Shown: positions 35,971 through 51,682 of the stretch, in pieces | Numbering within the stretch: the first letter of the stretch is position 1 | Layout of the letters: every line of letters begins with the position of its first letter | Origin: Octopus vulgaris | Lineage: Eukaryota | Direction of reading: 5' to 3' | Length of the DNA stretch: 64,000 nucleotides | NCBI GenBank assembly: GCA_951406725.2 | Contig: OX597830.1 | Span: 39,308,001-39,372,000 of the forward strand | The notes under the pieces: generated by a model | Database searches by the model: none | Seen by the model: only the letters and a program-made list of their open reading frames with translations | Told to the model about the DNA's origin: nothing | Position numbers and translations under genes: made by a program

Positions 35971-37244
35971 ACGTAGTGTGATGTGATATATGTATATATG
36001 TGTATGCATAGTATATTCGCATGAATGTATATATTTACAAGTACTTGCACAAGTACGTGACAAGCGGTAATAGTGGCCTGTATGTCCTTTCTTCGTCTCA
36101 CCAAATCAGCACCACATGGAGCAGTAATCATCTGATATGAAAATCGATTTTTTTTACTCTATGTACACAACATTCTAATTTCTAAACAGTCGATATGTGA
36201 TACGCATACAATATTTCCTTAGTCATTTGCATAACAAAATAGGAAAAATTCTCATTTTTATTCTGCCAAGAAATTAATTACATCTTTAAAGACTCGAACA
36301 CATGTTACACTAAAAAAAAAATGTTTTTTTTTTTTATATCTCATTAAACACGCATAACACATGAAAATACTATATTTATCTCTTAACAAGGAAACAGATT
36401 TACAATATTTATTTCTGGAAAAGCGCATAGGGCCAATACAAACACAATTAGATGTTTAAACTGGTTACCAAAAGAAATAGACACAGAAATTTTTAATAAG
36501 TTCGTAGGTCGTGTTGAGGGGGAAATACTGGTGATTCTAGTAAATCCGTTGCTCAGATAAAGAATTTCTTTTAATATTTATCTTAGCACTGAAGAAAATG
36601 TATGGATCGAACCTTTAGAGTTCTTATCTGTTACAGCGTGCAAACCTCTCCGAATTCATGAATTTCAATAATGACTTTTTGCTGACGCATTAGATTTCTC
36701 AGAACCTGGTTTTTAATGGATTGTTATTGAGATTTATTAAAAGTTGTGTAGCGATCCAACACTACTTGTCCCTAGTATCAATATTCTCACAGAACGGAAC
36801 CAAGGTAAATTGACAGAAATCTAGAAATACCGAACAATGTAAAATAAAATAAACAAGAACATTTGTTCTGCTCGTATTAAGGTGATAACTAAGCACGCTA
36901 CCACTAACATTATCAGCGAGAGCTTATTGGGATTCATATCACCTCGATACCTCACACAACTTTGGCCTCCATGGCATGTGATTAGTTCTTCTCTGTAGAA
37001 TTGCATCATCAATTAAGTGACTGATGCATGTCTTGGCTCAATAACCAAAGAAATTATGACCATTTCGAGGTATCTAAATAGGCCGTCACTAACGAGATAA
37101 TTTTTTTCTCGATTGAGATCCAAAAGAAACGAACATTTCTTTTTCTAATGGGGCCTGACATATATGGCATATGCATATATATATATATTTATGTATGTAT
37201 GTATGTATGTATATACATATATATTATTTATGTTATTATATGAT

Positions 37245-37880
37245 CGAACGCCACACATCCATTTCCAAGTAAATTTTATCTTAATAATTCCGATGCGACA
37301 CTTATATCACTATCTTATCACTATCTCTATTCTCCCTCCCTTTTTCTTTCTTTCTTCTTTCTCTCCCACCATTTCCCTAATTCTTCTCCTCCCCTTCACC
37401 GTTCTCTATCTGCCCTTCTCCCTCACTCTTCCTCACTCTTCATCCCTGACTCTCTCATTGCTCACACGTGACCAGCGACTATCTTTCTTTCTCCTCCTTG
37501 CACTACAAGAGACAACACGCATTTTTGCTTGTTTCTCCAGCATTCACCACTTCACCTTGTTATGGCTTAACAGCCCTTACCGTTTGTCTTTACTGTCCTG
37601 TTTTTGTTATCACTTTAACCCTCCGAAAATCCCAAATTTTATTTAATTTGCTTTGCGGGAACGACTGTTTTGACAAAAACGCATCTTGTCCTAACATTCG
37701 AAATGCGGAGTAGATAAAACAGGGGACAGCTAATGAAGGGATTATTCTTTATGTTGCCTGTCTTGTTTTCTATTTGTTTCTCTCGTTGTTCGAAAAAAAT
37801 GTTCGTTTTACTTGTTTTTGTTTTTTTCATGTTCTCGCTTTTCATGTTGTTCACGTTTTTTGAAGTCCTGTACCCATATA
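37245..37880 (+). mobile_element. Probable PLE terminal-repeat relic
   Basis: C/T-rich tract, GACAG-CTAATGA...CTGTC, T-rich tail into microsatellite; same layout as the Neptune pLTR. Confidence 0.35.
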
Positions 37881-37963
37881 TGCATGTGTATATACATATA
37901 TATGTAGGTATGTGCATGTATGTATATATGCATATATATATTATTTATATACATTATTTATAC

Positions 37964-38010
<47 letters not shown>

Positions 38011-38099
38011 CAAATTGCAAAGGGTGTCTTATTATCATAACCACTATCACTCTTGTGAACGCTATTATATATATATATATATATATATATACGCATGCA

Positions 38100-38290
38100 T
38101 TCTTTCATTCTTCTAATCTTTCACTTGTTTCAGTCATTGGACTGCGTCCATCCTTGAGCACCATCTTAAAAGGTTTTAGTGAAACAGATTATTCTTTGTA
38201 AGCCTAGTGCTTATTCACTCTTTTGCCGAACCGCTAAGTTAGGGGGACATAAACACACTAACATCAGTTTTCGACCGATTGCGGAGGAAT
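38100..38290 (-). mobile_element. SINE family C 3' part
   Basis: CTTGTTTCAGTCATT...TTTTGCCGAACCGCTAAGTTA. Confidence 0.7.
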
Positions 38291-38569
38291 AGACACAGAC
38301 AGAGAGGGAGAGAATGAGAGATAGACAGAGACAGGCATACAGACAGACTGATAGAGAGCCGGCCATTCGTTATTCTTTTACAAGGCTGACTCTTGTGAAT
38401 TACAGTTACAACTCACTTTTACCAGCTGAGTGGACTGGAGGAGTACCGTGTAACAATGCGCCGCTAGTTTTCGAATTCACGATCGGGAGTGAGCCGAATA
38501 CCCTAACTTCTAAGCCACGTGCCAGCAGAAACACACCCAAAAACTGTCACATATTCTTACGTACACATA

Positions 38570-38990
38570 CACACAGTCTATTCGCTTTATACATACACAC
38601 ATACATACATTCATAAACACACATATGCACAGATATCAGCAGACAATTGCAGTCTTATATTGTTACACAAATGTACACAGATGAGAACTCACACACACAC
38701 ACACGCGCGCAGTCTGTATGTTAAACATACAGATACCAACATATACATTCAGTTATTGTTTCACACACACACACACACACACACATCATCGCATACAGTT
38801 ATGCACACGCACATAAACACGCAGTCTTATACAGGCACGCACACACGTGCCCACACGCAGTCCTATACAGTTACGAGCGCGCGCACCCACGCACACACAC
38901 ACACGGAGTCTCATACAGTTTCGCTTAGACATACAAACACACTCAAACGCTCTCTCATACAGTTACACGCACACATACACACACAGACAC
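38570..38990 (+). repeat. Compound minisatellite
   Basis: About 8 degenerate CAGTCTTATACAGTTA-like units, each followed by (CA)n. Confidence 0.6.
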
Positions 38991-39129
38991 CAGTAGACAA
39001 TCAGCGTCATATTTTTCATTTATTTATTATTTATTGGAACGCTAAAATCCTTGTAGGGCTAATTGAGGTAGGAGGTGGGTGTAGTGACTATAGCAGACTG
39101 ACACGTCAAACCAATTTTATTAGTATAGT

Positions 39130-39430
39130 ATTTATTTATTTATGCACCCTTTTCAAGCCTAGCCAGGCTCATGGGCCCGGTTTCTCGGTTTCTGTGGCGT
39201 ATGTCCCCCCCCCAGTCCATCGCAGCGTTACTCAAGAAACAGGAAGAGAGTGTGAGAGAAAGTTGGGGCGAAAAAGTACAACAGGGGTCGCCACCACCCC
39301 CTGCCGGAGCATCGTGGAGCTTTAGGTGTTGTCGCTCAATAAACACACACAACGCCCGGTTTGGGAATCGAAACCGCGATCCTCTGACCGCGAGTCCGCT
39401 GCCCTACCCACTACGCCATTGCGCCTCCAC
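39130..39430 (-). mobile_element. tRNA-derived SINE (family B head)
   Basis: A box TGGCGTAGTGG, B box GTTTCGATTCC, (TAAA)n tail. Confidence 0.85.
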
Positions 39431-39433
39431 TTA

Positions 39434-39566
<133 letters not shown>

Positions 39567-39727
39567 GTTTTATAAAGGACATAGAACACCCGAAGCGTTA
39601 GATTCTCACGGCTTTCTTCCTTGCCAGATTATTTCAATGGTACAGATGTTTGACTGTTGCTCTTTTGCTATATACTTCTACGCTTTTTTTGTTACATATT
39701 TCTACACGAGTTTTCGCTTGACTGACT

Positions 39728-39949
39728 CTCTTTACTCTTTCATTATTTTACTTGCTTCAGTCATTTGACTGCGGCCATGCTGGTGTACCGCTTTTAGTCG
39801 AGCAAATCGACCCTAGGACTTATTCTTTGGATGCCTAGTACTTATTCTATCGGTCTCTTTAGCCGAACCGCGAAGTTACGGGGACGTAAACACACCAGCT
39901 TCGGTTGTCAAGCGATGTTGGGGGAACAAACACAGACACAGAAACATAT

Positions 39950-39984
<35 letters not shown>

Positions 39985-40142
39985 AAACGGGCTTCTTTCA
40001 GTTTCCGTCTACCAAATCCACTCACGAGGCTATGGTCTGACCGAGGCTATAGTAGAAGACACTTGGCCAAGGCGCCACGCAGTGGGAATGAACACTGAAC
40101 CAGGTAGTTCGTAAGCAAGCTACTTACCACACAGCCACTCCT
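39728..40142 (-). mobile_element. Full-length SINE family C with internal microsatellite
   Basis: Head 40142-39985, internal (TA)/(TG) tract, tail 39945-39728. Confidence 0.8.
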
Positions 40143-40660
40143 ATGCATTAATTGTGTCCTCTTTTTCCTAAATAATGTGTGTGTGCTTGTATGTATGTAT
40201 GTATGTATGTATGTATGTATGTATGTATGTATGTATGTATGTATGTATGTATGAATGAATGTATGTATGTATGTATGTGTGCATATGTATGAATGTCAAT
40301 CTTTATCTATCATAAACGCATGCATGAGGACGAGGGTAATATGTTCACGTCACAACGTCACAAACACGTGGTCTCACATTCAATGCTAATGTGAGGCATT
40401 TTGACCAAGTGTTTTACTTCACTAGACCGAAATATTTAATATGCAATTGAAAAGATGGAAATTATAATGAAGCTTGTCGGATCAACTGTGCCTGTGTTCC
40501 AAATTTCCGCCTTATCATGCTGATTCTATTTGAGAATTACGTAAATGGAACACGTGCCTATATTTATACTGAGCTAACTCTACTACTTGAATAAGTGGGT
40601 AATTCAGTATTCGGTTCCATACGAAACCGTTATGATAGCGCATCAACCATACGTGCATAA

Positions 40661-40707
<47 letters not shown>

Positions 40708-40769
40708 TCTAAATTCACGCATACACACAAAATACACACATATATATATAGGCATACGTATGTTTGTGG

Positions 40770-40832
<63 letters not shown>

Positions 40833-40927
40833 TGCAAACATACAAATATATATACACACACACATATGTATGTATGATTTCCGTTTGTTGTTTTCTACTT
40901 TGATTTATGTATATATGTATATATATA

Positions 40928-41590
<663 letters not shown>

Positions 41591-42349
41591 GTGTATGTGT
41601 GTGTGTAACAGCACATACTGATATACATACATGTGTGTGTATGTGTGTGTTTGTGTGTTTGTCATCGCCATTATTCCAGACATGCAAGTTATGCACTATA
41701 TGACCCTTGGTTCTTTCAAGATCCAAAAACTAATTCAAGCAGTAATTTTCACTAAGTAGGTTGAAGAGTAGTGAAATTCATTGGAAATGGAATTAGTTAA
41801 TTTTTGTGAGAGTAGATCTAAGGAAGGAACTTTCTCTATTCTACAGCGCAATGATGTTCTTTCATCTCAGAAACAACAAATATATTGCATTAGTGCGGCC
41901 ATAGAAAAAAATTCTCCGTAATGACGTCATTTATATTTCCGTAAAATATCGTCGAATGGCACACAATTCTGAAAATGCACGTAGCTCCTCTCTGCAGTAA
42001 ACACAAAGATTTTATATTCTGCTCGATGAAAAAATAGTGTTATTTTCCCTTCCGTTGCTGTCTTTATCTAATAAACTTTACAGGTTTACTTGGTTTATCT
42101 TCCGTTTAACTCAAGTTGACTTTTAGCGTACCCCGTTTCAATTCGCGGAAAATATACACATGCACACTAAATCATTCACACATACACCCGCACAAAAACG
42201 TTCATGGCGTCGCTCACACTCAAATAACTTCACTCACAGACACATAGGGACACTCAACCAGACAATATGGCGCATGTGCGCTTCCACTTTTATTTGCTTC
42301 TCGTATATTTTTTAAACTTTCGAAATATTATTCCAAATTACTAGAATGA

Positions 42350-44560
42350 ATGTTCCACAGGACTTTTCGAAAGATATTTTTTCAGAAAAAGTCATTTTAG
42401 GGTAACATATAATTATACATTACGATAGACAAAGAACAAATTGTCTAATTTGCAAGGCTCTTGCAAGAAATGTATTAGATATTTTCTAATATATTCGAGA
42501 TAGAAAAATGGTTAACTTCATGTGCTAGCTAAAATCATTTCTTTTGCTAGTAATGCCTGCCATTTTGTTTAGGAAAAAAAATTGTTCGAATTGACAAAGG
42601 TTATAACGATTTAAATAATCTACATAAGGCCATGCTAAAATATGAAGGCCTTCAAAGACATACAAAATTCTTAAAATGGTTAGCAATACTTGCATAGATT
42701 TACACTTTGATGTGTTAGAATAATGGTAGAGCATATAGCAGCATAACAAAGCAGTTTATCGAAGTAGAGCCATTTTACAGGAATTGGCTGATGTAGTTAT
42801 CGTTGTAGGTTACCATGAATTATCATTTCGGAGTCATTTGAATCCGAAGCATTCAATGATGGCTGGAATTTATAAATAACTTACATTTAACCAGAAATTA
42901 TAATAGTAAAAATAGGTATGCCATCTAGAAATACTTTCTGTTTTCTCGGGCCTCAAAGAGAATTCAAAATGACTCGATCAATGCGATTGAAAATGTTACG
43001 TGGAATAAAATAGAAAATTAACTTAAGCAGGGTAAATGTTCTGCTATTTCTACGGAGGAAACGTCGAAAGTGTCAGACTATTCACGGCTGTGTGATAAGA
43101 AATTTGGTTCTCAATCATATGGTTCCAGGTTCAGTCCCGCGGCGTCGCACCTTGAGCAAGTATCTTCTGCTATAGACCCGGAAGCATAGGGTAAGACCAC
43201 TTTAAATTCTGCAATTAGATTTTTCCATAATTTAACAGAACCCAAAATCATGGTTTTCTTGAAAGTATTAACCAATATTTTTTTTCTTTTTTGCTGATGT
43301 CTTATTTAACATTTTTCAGATTAAAATACTTCTCATTGTGTATTGCTAAGGACGAATATGTAACACTTGAACCTGGCTTCAAAACAAGGTGAACTACTTA
43401 TCAGTGTTTTACGACAAGACGAAGAAAAACTGGTATTGATGCAGCAATTCAAATTAAACGATATTAGAATAAATAAATCTATTAACTCAAAACATCATAA
43501 TTTCTTTACAATAGAATTACTGGCCCAATAGCTGACCAATTAAAAGTAAAATATTTATTACTAGAACAGCTGAAAGATAATGCAAAACACTTTTTTAATA
43601 GGTGGTTTAATTTTTTTTAGAACAACTATTGGTAATCATTTTTCTATCTTTACATTCCTTCACAGAGTGAAAGAAATGATTGCTATATATTCAGTAGCAT
43701 ATTTTGAAATATTCATGTAATCTAATGCATTGCATTTATATCAAAACATGCATCATACCGCTTTAGATAAAGGAAGGAGACATTAGAAAATGCAGTTTGC
43801 AACTTGTAAAAAAACAGGCGAAGTAACCATTGGTTGGAATATCTTCGATCTGTTTAAACCGAATTTGCCAAATCTTACAGAAGAAGAAGAAGAAGAAGAA
43901 GAAGAAGAAGAACGTTGCATCATCTATAGGACCAACAGTTTACTTCTGAAGCGAAACCATTGCTTAAAGGAATCAATTAGGTTATGATGTGATCTCACGC
44001 GGGAACGTCCTTGTTTGCAAAACAATTTGTGTTGTAATTTAGCCGAACGTTTACGCCATCTTCAACAAGATGCAATCACTTGGATGATTATTGAGTTGTT
44101 AGAGCATTGGATAGAATTCGTTGAAATATTTGCTAATCAAAAGGATACTTAGAAAGACAACAAGAAGCATACTATTTATGTTATAACGATTTTAAAAATT
44201 GTAAGAAATGAAATATTGTAATACGAAAATCTTTTAATGAATTAGCATATAATTATTGCTGAAAATATAACAATAATTTTTCTAAAGAAAATTAAAAGTT
44301 TGCCTACGATTAATGCACAGAAGCAAATCAGGATACTAATAACGAAATCTGAAAGAAATAAATGGTTTTTACATGCGCTCATCCAAATGATATTTTCAGT
44401 TCACATTTCTGTTTAGTTATGCTGTATAGATATTTTGTTTTTGACATAGAAAGATTCGTGAAATTAGTGGTGATTTATGGATTAAAAATAACTAGATTTT
44501 ATATATTCACTTGTGCAAATTCCCAAAGCAATATCTTCGTTTTCATTTCAATATTTTAAT
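42350..44560 (+). mobile_element. Decayed hAT-type transposase relic
   Basis: Remnants HELSFRSH, SKRIQND..NAI and AISTEETSKVS (compare LAFRGH, S..IQNELI, DET.DVS); interrupted by a SINE head at ~43085-43180. Confidence 0.5.
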
Positions 44561-45429
44561 TAATTCTAATTTTCTAATAGTTTTGTTGGAATTTATTACA
44601 CTTCGTATGGTTTCCTACAGGGTATTTTTCCTCTCAAGTGCGTTCTTTTTCAGCTAAAGACATAAATAATTTCCTATTTCACTAATGACAAGTTTCCATT
44701 TAAAAAAATATTCTTGTAAAATTTTTCTTTTAATCATGCTTGTGGAAATTTTAATGTGTTACGAACAGTTCACCATTTTTGCTATGCAACTTTGGAACAT
44801 ACTTTAATTGCCTATAGTAAAACAAATTTCTTTAAATATCGATCAGATTTGCTCTCATTCTGTATTTAGCAATTACATGGTTCAGCAGTAAGATCCTTTA
44901 GTACAGCCCTTTAGAGGAAATGTTTTTTTTTTTATAACTTTAGATCGAACCAAACTGTGTCAGTGAAATTGAATAGCAGGAAAGAACACAGAAGCCCCTT
45001 GGATAAACTATACCCGTTTTTGAATTATAAACTTAATCCGTTACAAAGATTAACACCGCAAACTACTTCTTAGGTATTTAGATACTTTGACTTTTCTTTT
45101 TTGCAAATATTCAGAACTGGCCCACGGTGTGAAAATAGCAAAATATGTTTCTCCACCGATTAAGGAAAGCAACATAGTGACTAGGATAATGGTATCATGA
45201 TCATTAGGTAATAGAGTCTATACCGGTAAGTAGTTATCTTGAGCAAGTCACTTCATTTCACATAATTTCAGTATATTCAACTAAAACTAAGTAGTGCCTT
45301 GGCTTTAACCCTACAAGAGTCTGGCGTTCCTGTCACTGGAGATGGGTAAGCTATAACGAAAAACCTATAATAATTTTAACAACGATTCTTCGTTCATGCG
45401 AATAACTATTTCTTATTTCGGCTACAAAT

Positions 45430-45640
45430 TTTGGCACATGGTCAGCAATTTCGAGGGAGGAGGTACGTCGATTATATCGACCTCCAGTACTCAACTGGTG
45501 GTGCTTATTTTATCTACCTTGAAAGGATGAAAGGTAAAGTTGACCCCGCTAACATTTGAATTCAGAGCATAAAGTCGTACGAAATGCCACTAAATACTTT
45601 GCCCAGCCTACGAAAGAATCTGCCATCTCACCACCTTAAC
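45430..45640 (-). mobile_element. Degenerate SINE family A
   Basis: GTCGATTATATCGACC...AAGGATGAAAGGTAAAGTTGACC...ATTTGAATTCAGA. Confidence 0.65.
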
Positions 45641-47559
45641 CCTTTAGCATTCAGATTACTCTGTTCAATATAATGCTTATTTATTCTCATTGTTTTGGAT
45701 TAACCATGCATTATCTTTGCTTCGAGGACATATGTCTCACTTCATCCTTCTCTAAATTTATCATCTTCGATAATCCAGAACTCACAACTTTTCATGTTTC
45801 TCCCACTGTTGCCATCTCTCTGAAAACCAACTCTCCTATAACAATCAAGGAATTTTTCGAAAGCAGTGCTGTTGCTCTCGCGTTAGTAAAACTTTCGGAT
45901 ATGCCTGTAATGCTAATCTACAAAACGCACATAAAGATTCCTTTTTTTTTCAGTAAATTCATTTTCTTAAGCTAAATTGAAAAATCAATATAATCCTTTG
46001 GCTAAAAAACGTGAAGTACAAAATCAGCAGAACGTCACACAAAAATAGCTGGGGATACTTAGGCTTGCTTCTCAGCGTTCTGAAGTTAAATCCACCAGAA
46101 TTAACTTTGTATTATCTCCTTGAAATTTATGTATTGACCTTTGCATCAATCTTGGTGGAATATTTATGTTGTCTGTTTGCAGCTAGGTTAACTGTACTTT
46201 TCATATAGTTAACGCTAAAAAAGTGCAGCAATTTCACTGATAAAGGTTACTCCTGTAACCCTATTTATAGCATAACCGTGACAGCTATTAAACTAGCAGA
46301 ATTTACCATTACTGTCTTCAGTTTTACTAAAATCTATTTATCAAGGGGACATTTCTAACAATGGTCACATTGAAATCTTGGTTTCCCTATTTAGAATCGA
46401 GTATCATAGAGTAAGAGTTACATTTGTTTCATTTCGGCTAATATTTCATTTCATGTACAAAGCTATATCTACTTGAAATCGGCGCCATTGAAAATGAAAT
46501 ATGTATACTAACCACCGCAATCATTTCATTCTACTGACAAGATACGAACTTTCTAAAACTAGAATAGTTGACTCGGTCTGCTATTGATTCATTTATTGCG
46601 ACTTCAGAAAATCATAAAATCAGGAAAATTTAATTAGCTTGTCCAATACATTTTCTTTTAACTCGGCATTTTCAAACAGTTCTTTACAAAAGAGCATCAG
46701 CCTAATACAACTCAGCTTTCTTAATTTACGTCTGAGATTTCTTTTCATACTGGGGAAAGTTTCAACTAAGTTCTGTGACTATTTTTGCATAACGTATATT
46801 ATTTATTTTAATTTAGTTTCATTATGCTGTGGGAACACTGATATACAATGGCGAAAGAAATACGCGCATAAACACTCTCCACATACATACACACATACAT
46901 ATACACAGGCATGTATATATATATATATATATATATATGCATATAAATATGTGTGTTTGTGTGCGCGTGTGTGCGTAAAATATGAGTTAATAAAAACAAA
47001 CTGACGAAAAATACTAATTATATGTGCCGACTAGTTTTAGCTACACGAGGTTACGGTTTATGAGTGTGAGAGTTTATGTGCGTATATAACGAGGACTGGG
47101 GTACAGAATGAGCGAATATATACAACGGCAATTACGCAGAAGTATAAGATAGAATTTGAACAAGCGTTTAATTATTGTTCGGTTTATTGGTTATTTGACA
47201 ATCATATATTATTTGTATCTACTTAATGTCTAATCCACATATTCTGTTTGCTAACATCTACGATATACAAAGATATTTGTAGACAGCAATGCGCTTCAGG
47301 TACATAACTATTTTCTATTAGTTGCATTGAATGATGAAGGCGCCATAAATATGGATACAAGAAAGCGAGTTGTATGAAATAATGTACCAATCAGTTAAGT
47401 TATATCTTTGTATTTTGCTCTCACAATTCTAACAGTTATACTACTAACCAGTATGTGACTTATGTCATTCTTATCACCAAACTTTGTCTTTAATTTTTTT
47501 TTCATTATATTGATTTAAATATTAAATCTCAACACCTCATGAGAGATATTCCTTATTTT

Positions 47560-47766
47560 ACGTTGCTCCAGTCGTAATGAGCTGTACCTGTATTTCAAAG
47601 TGCCGGCCCTGTCACGCTCTGTGTCACGCTGAATCTCCCTGAGAACTACGTTAGGGGTACGCGTATCTGTGGATTGCTCAGTCACTTGCACGTTAATTTC
47701 ACGAACAGGCTGTTCCGTTGATCGAATCAGTTGGGACCCTCGTCGTTGTAACCGACGGAGTGCTCC
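47560..47766 (+). mobile_element. SINE family D, 3' part
   Basis: CTGAATCTCCCTGAGAACTACGTTA...GTAACCGACGGAGTGC, matches 58342-58662. Confidence 0.8.
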
Positions 47767-47824
47767 TTATACATATACATATATACATACATATACATAC
47801 ACACACATATACACATATACATAC

Positions 47825-47885
<61 letters not shown>

Positions 47886-50530
47886 CACACTGGAACTACG
47901 TAGATGCGAACCGATGTTCTTAAACAAGACTTCGTCGAGTTTGCAATACCTTCCAGCGAGACACAGATATGCTGACATATGCTAATATTCCATTTATTTG
48001 TTCTCTTCTCTCTCCCTCACACACACACACACACTGTCTCTCTCTTTATTTATCTATCTGTCTACCTCTCAAACACACAAGCACGCACACACACACACAG
48101 CACACACATGCACACAAATATAGAAAAGGTGAACTCTGCATTGTGAGCTGAACAAATTCATAACGCCACAATTGCCTAGAGCAGTGACTTCTTCCTACCT
48201 TACATTACATACAGCTAAATGAACCGGACCATTTGACAGCCGTGTATTTCGTTTGTAAATGCAAATTTGCTTAAATAAAGTTTATAAAACATCAACTTAA
48301 TCAAAAGATGTTTTGAATAAATATGCTCTTTTTTTAATCTGATAAAATTACTTTAAGCATAGTGCAACGTGGAACTGGTTTAGCAACGAATAGAATTTCC
48401 ATACGATTTAAGTTCTGACTTCAACTCCTACCGAAGCAGATTTTTTATCACGGGAACTGATTGAGAATTTCCGATACTGTGATCTATATATACTCATCTT
48501 CGAAACGTATGTGCTTGTGAATATATTAAAACCTTTCCTGGAGTAGTTTACTTGCAGAACGAGTAAAACACCGCATAAAAATACCTTGAAAATATTTAGT
48601 TATGTTTCTGTATATTTTTACGTTCAGATTTTGTTGAGTCAGCTTTGTTTTTCATTTCCGAACGTCAAAGTTAAGTAGCAAGTAAGTATGGTAGTCGATT
48701 TAATCAACATTTGTTTTTCTTTTCCCTCTAAAATCAGTGTTATTGCTCTAATGTTAGAAGTTCATAATTTTAAACGTTTTAGGATTAATCTAAGAATGAA
48801 CAAAAAATAATTGTAAAAAGCTAAACGTTGTATAGATGTCTCTACAAATGACTTAATGGAAAGTCCTCCAACAATATATAATAATTAGAAAATAGTCTGC
48901 CCTGGGTTACCTCTTCTGATTCTCTTTCATGCGTGTCCTTTGTGTCGTCTGTAGCCACCTTTAGGTTGACATTATAAATATGTACCCATTACAAATAAAA
49001 AATTAAGAGTTGTTGCATTATTTTTCGCATAAATTGCCAATCTTTTCCTGAAGCCAGGGTATGGAAATTAGACAAAAATCAAAATGTTATTACTATTTAT
49101 AAAATACACGTGCAAAAGCATGGAGAATAGGGTGAAGCTTCTCTCAAACTGTCTGTGAAACAGATTCCATTCTTTTAAACCCACATAAACAGCAATTTTC
49201 AGTCTTTGTCGGTATTCAAATTTAACTTATCTTTAGCAGGAAGCACCGAAAATCTCATATTTAAGTTAAGGCTAGTTTTATTTCGCAAGAGATTTTGTAA
49301 ACTTTAAGAAAAAGAAAAAAAAAAGAGATTTTGTAAACTTGAAATCTAATGATTCATATTAACGTATGCATGATTCGATTCATCCAAACATTATGTTTGA
49401 AATAATCGTCACTTTACTTTAAGCCTAAGTAATTTGTTTTTCTCTCCTCTAAAGTAATTCAAATACAAAACTATCTTCTGGCAAGTATTTGTTTTTCTTC
49501 ATTTAATGGATTTAAGATTTGACTTGCCATAATATTCATTTTATCTCTTGTAGGGTTACTAACACTGACTCTTATCTGTCTATTTCCATTTGAATAAATT
49601 TACTTGCCTAAATTGCGATAACCCTCCTCATTTATTAATCCGGAATTCTTTAACTAAGCATTACTTGATCCTTTGTTCGAAAACAACATTGCTCTTGATA
49701 GAACTTCATTCTTTACAGAACATTCTCAAATATCTATTTTCATCTTTGTATTATTTCACATTAGAAACAAAATGATTACGACATTTATTCTCTGACCTGA
49801 AATACACCTACAGTAAGCGATGGATGTTATGTGTTGTGAAACAACAATCAAAACGTAACCATATGTATATCTATTTCACAATGGTGTTTACATAGATGTG
49901 TGCATCGCAGTGTCTCAGCATTTTATATATGTGTGGGTGTGCGTAACAAAACAAAGTATGAGAGATCGTTTATAAAATATTTAATAACACCATATTACGT
50001 ATGTTTCCTTAAGAATCATTATTAGTTATTTAATGCAAATTTTCATAATCAAAATTCATTATCAAATCTTCAGAGATATGTGACCTTCATACACAGCATT
50101 AAAAGATTATTAACAGAAGTCGCCATCATGAAGATAGAACCTTCGTCAGTCAAAGTTGATTATACCTTTGCGCATGTACGTGCAGGGCTGTATAAGATAT
50201 TTTTGGTGGACCCAGGAAGTTGTCCATACATACACCCTTCTTCATGCAATCGATGTTCAACGTAGGGAAAGGTCGCCGACTTAAGCCAATGCATCTTGTT
50301 ACAAGTTTTGTTGCAGGTGTTGCTGTCAAAATTAAAAAAGATATAACAACTACCACAAAGAATTTTGCTTGACTTCTAAAATTTCTAGCAATCCACAGCC
50401 CATGATTGGCAAACATTTTATTAATTCCGAAAAGAAAAGGTAAGTTGACTTCGGTGACACTAGAACTCAGATCGCAAAGTGTAGGAGGAGAAAAAAATAG
50501 CAAAGCGCGCTATTCCATATTCCAACGACT

Positions 50531-50750
50531 ATTAAGTCGTTGCCTCGACTATCGCGGGAGTTACGTTCCAAAATCTCACGCGATAGGTGAAAATCCACGA
50601 AGGAGAAAAAGTACTGTACTGTATATTTTTTGTTTATAAATGTTATATATTTATTTTATTATAAATGCCTAACAACACCATGGAGGAATCGACGTAAGCT
50701 TAAATAATAAACCGTGATAGGTGAAACACGATATGGAGACGGATTACTAT
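50531..50750. mobile_element. Degenerate pogo/Tigger-like MITE
   Basis: CCTCGACTATCGCGG left end, CGATATGGAGACGGATTACT right end, internal repeated GATAGGTGAAA. Confidence 0.5.
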
Positions 50751-51117
50751 ATTTAAGACGTTAAAGATGTAGATTTGCAATAACAAAAGTATGATGCTAT
50801 AATTAAATAGGTATATTTTATGCACATCGAACTACCAGGAAGTCAGAATGTAAGTGAGCGGATTTCAAGATTAAAATAGATATCATTAACTCAGTGCACA
50901 CATTTGTAAGTATTACAATTAATCAAGTTCCAGTCTCCTGCACAATCAGCATTGTGAGTCGTCTTCGATTCACGTTTAATACTACTTCCCTTTGTTTTTC
51001 CAGTTAATGGTATTGAAACAAGATTATCACGATATCTCATTGCATCTAGCTAAACTTATACAGACGGACACGGATATATCCTTATACACGCAAACATGTT
51101 GAAAGAAAGAAGGATCG

Positions 51118-51281
51118 ACAGACAGACAGACAGACATGCAGACAGACAGACATGCAGACAGACAGACATGCAGACAGACAGACATGCAGACAGACAGACA
51201 TGCAGACAGACAGACATGCAGACAGACAGACATGCAGACAGACAGACAGATTGATAGATAGATAGATAGATAGATAGATAG
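51118..51281 (+). repeat. Compound (CAGACAGACAGACATG)n + (GATA)n repeat
   Basis: About 7 copies of a 16-mer followed by GATA repeats. Confidence 0.9.
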
Positions 51282-51682
51282 TCTACATGTAATGCTGAAA
51301 TGTAATTCCAAAATCTAAAATACACATGTAAGACGATGAAAGGACATTACTATAAATATTCTAATCATTTTGGAAATATGGGAGACAACTTCTAGACATG
51401 TTTTAACTTTTTAGCATTCTTCATTTTAGGTATGCGCTTCTATTCTATGAAAAACATTGATATATATTTGGTTAACTATCACAAATGCATTATATTTTAG
51501 ACGGAAATAGATAGTGACATATTGTCTCATTTATACATTTCCGAAAGTCATGAGCAATCTAAATAAAGTGGTAATCCCCGAGAATCGAAAGCTTTTCGTA
51601 GCCTCAAATTTCCTAAGTCTTATTCAGTCTTATTCCGATATCGCATAAAGCACCGTGCGTCTTATTTGAAATTTTGAAATAT

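Noticed and set aside
41915-42290. TGACGTCA (CRE) and AATATGGCG (YY1-like) motifs as a promoter
   Set aside because: Short motifs expected by chance in 64 kb; no linked gene; adjacent to a hAT relic.
47900-47945. Minus-strand CTCGACGAA-GTCTT-gttt-AAGA HHR-like trace
   Set aside because: No GAAA and no convincing stem I or III.
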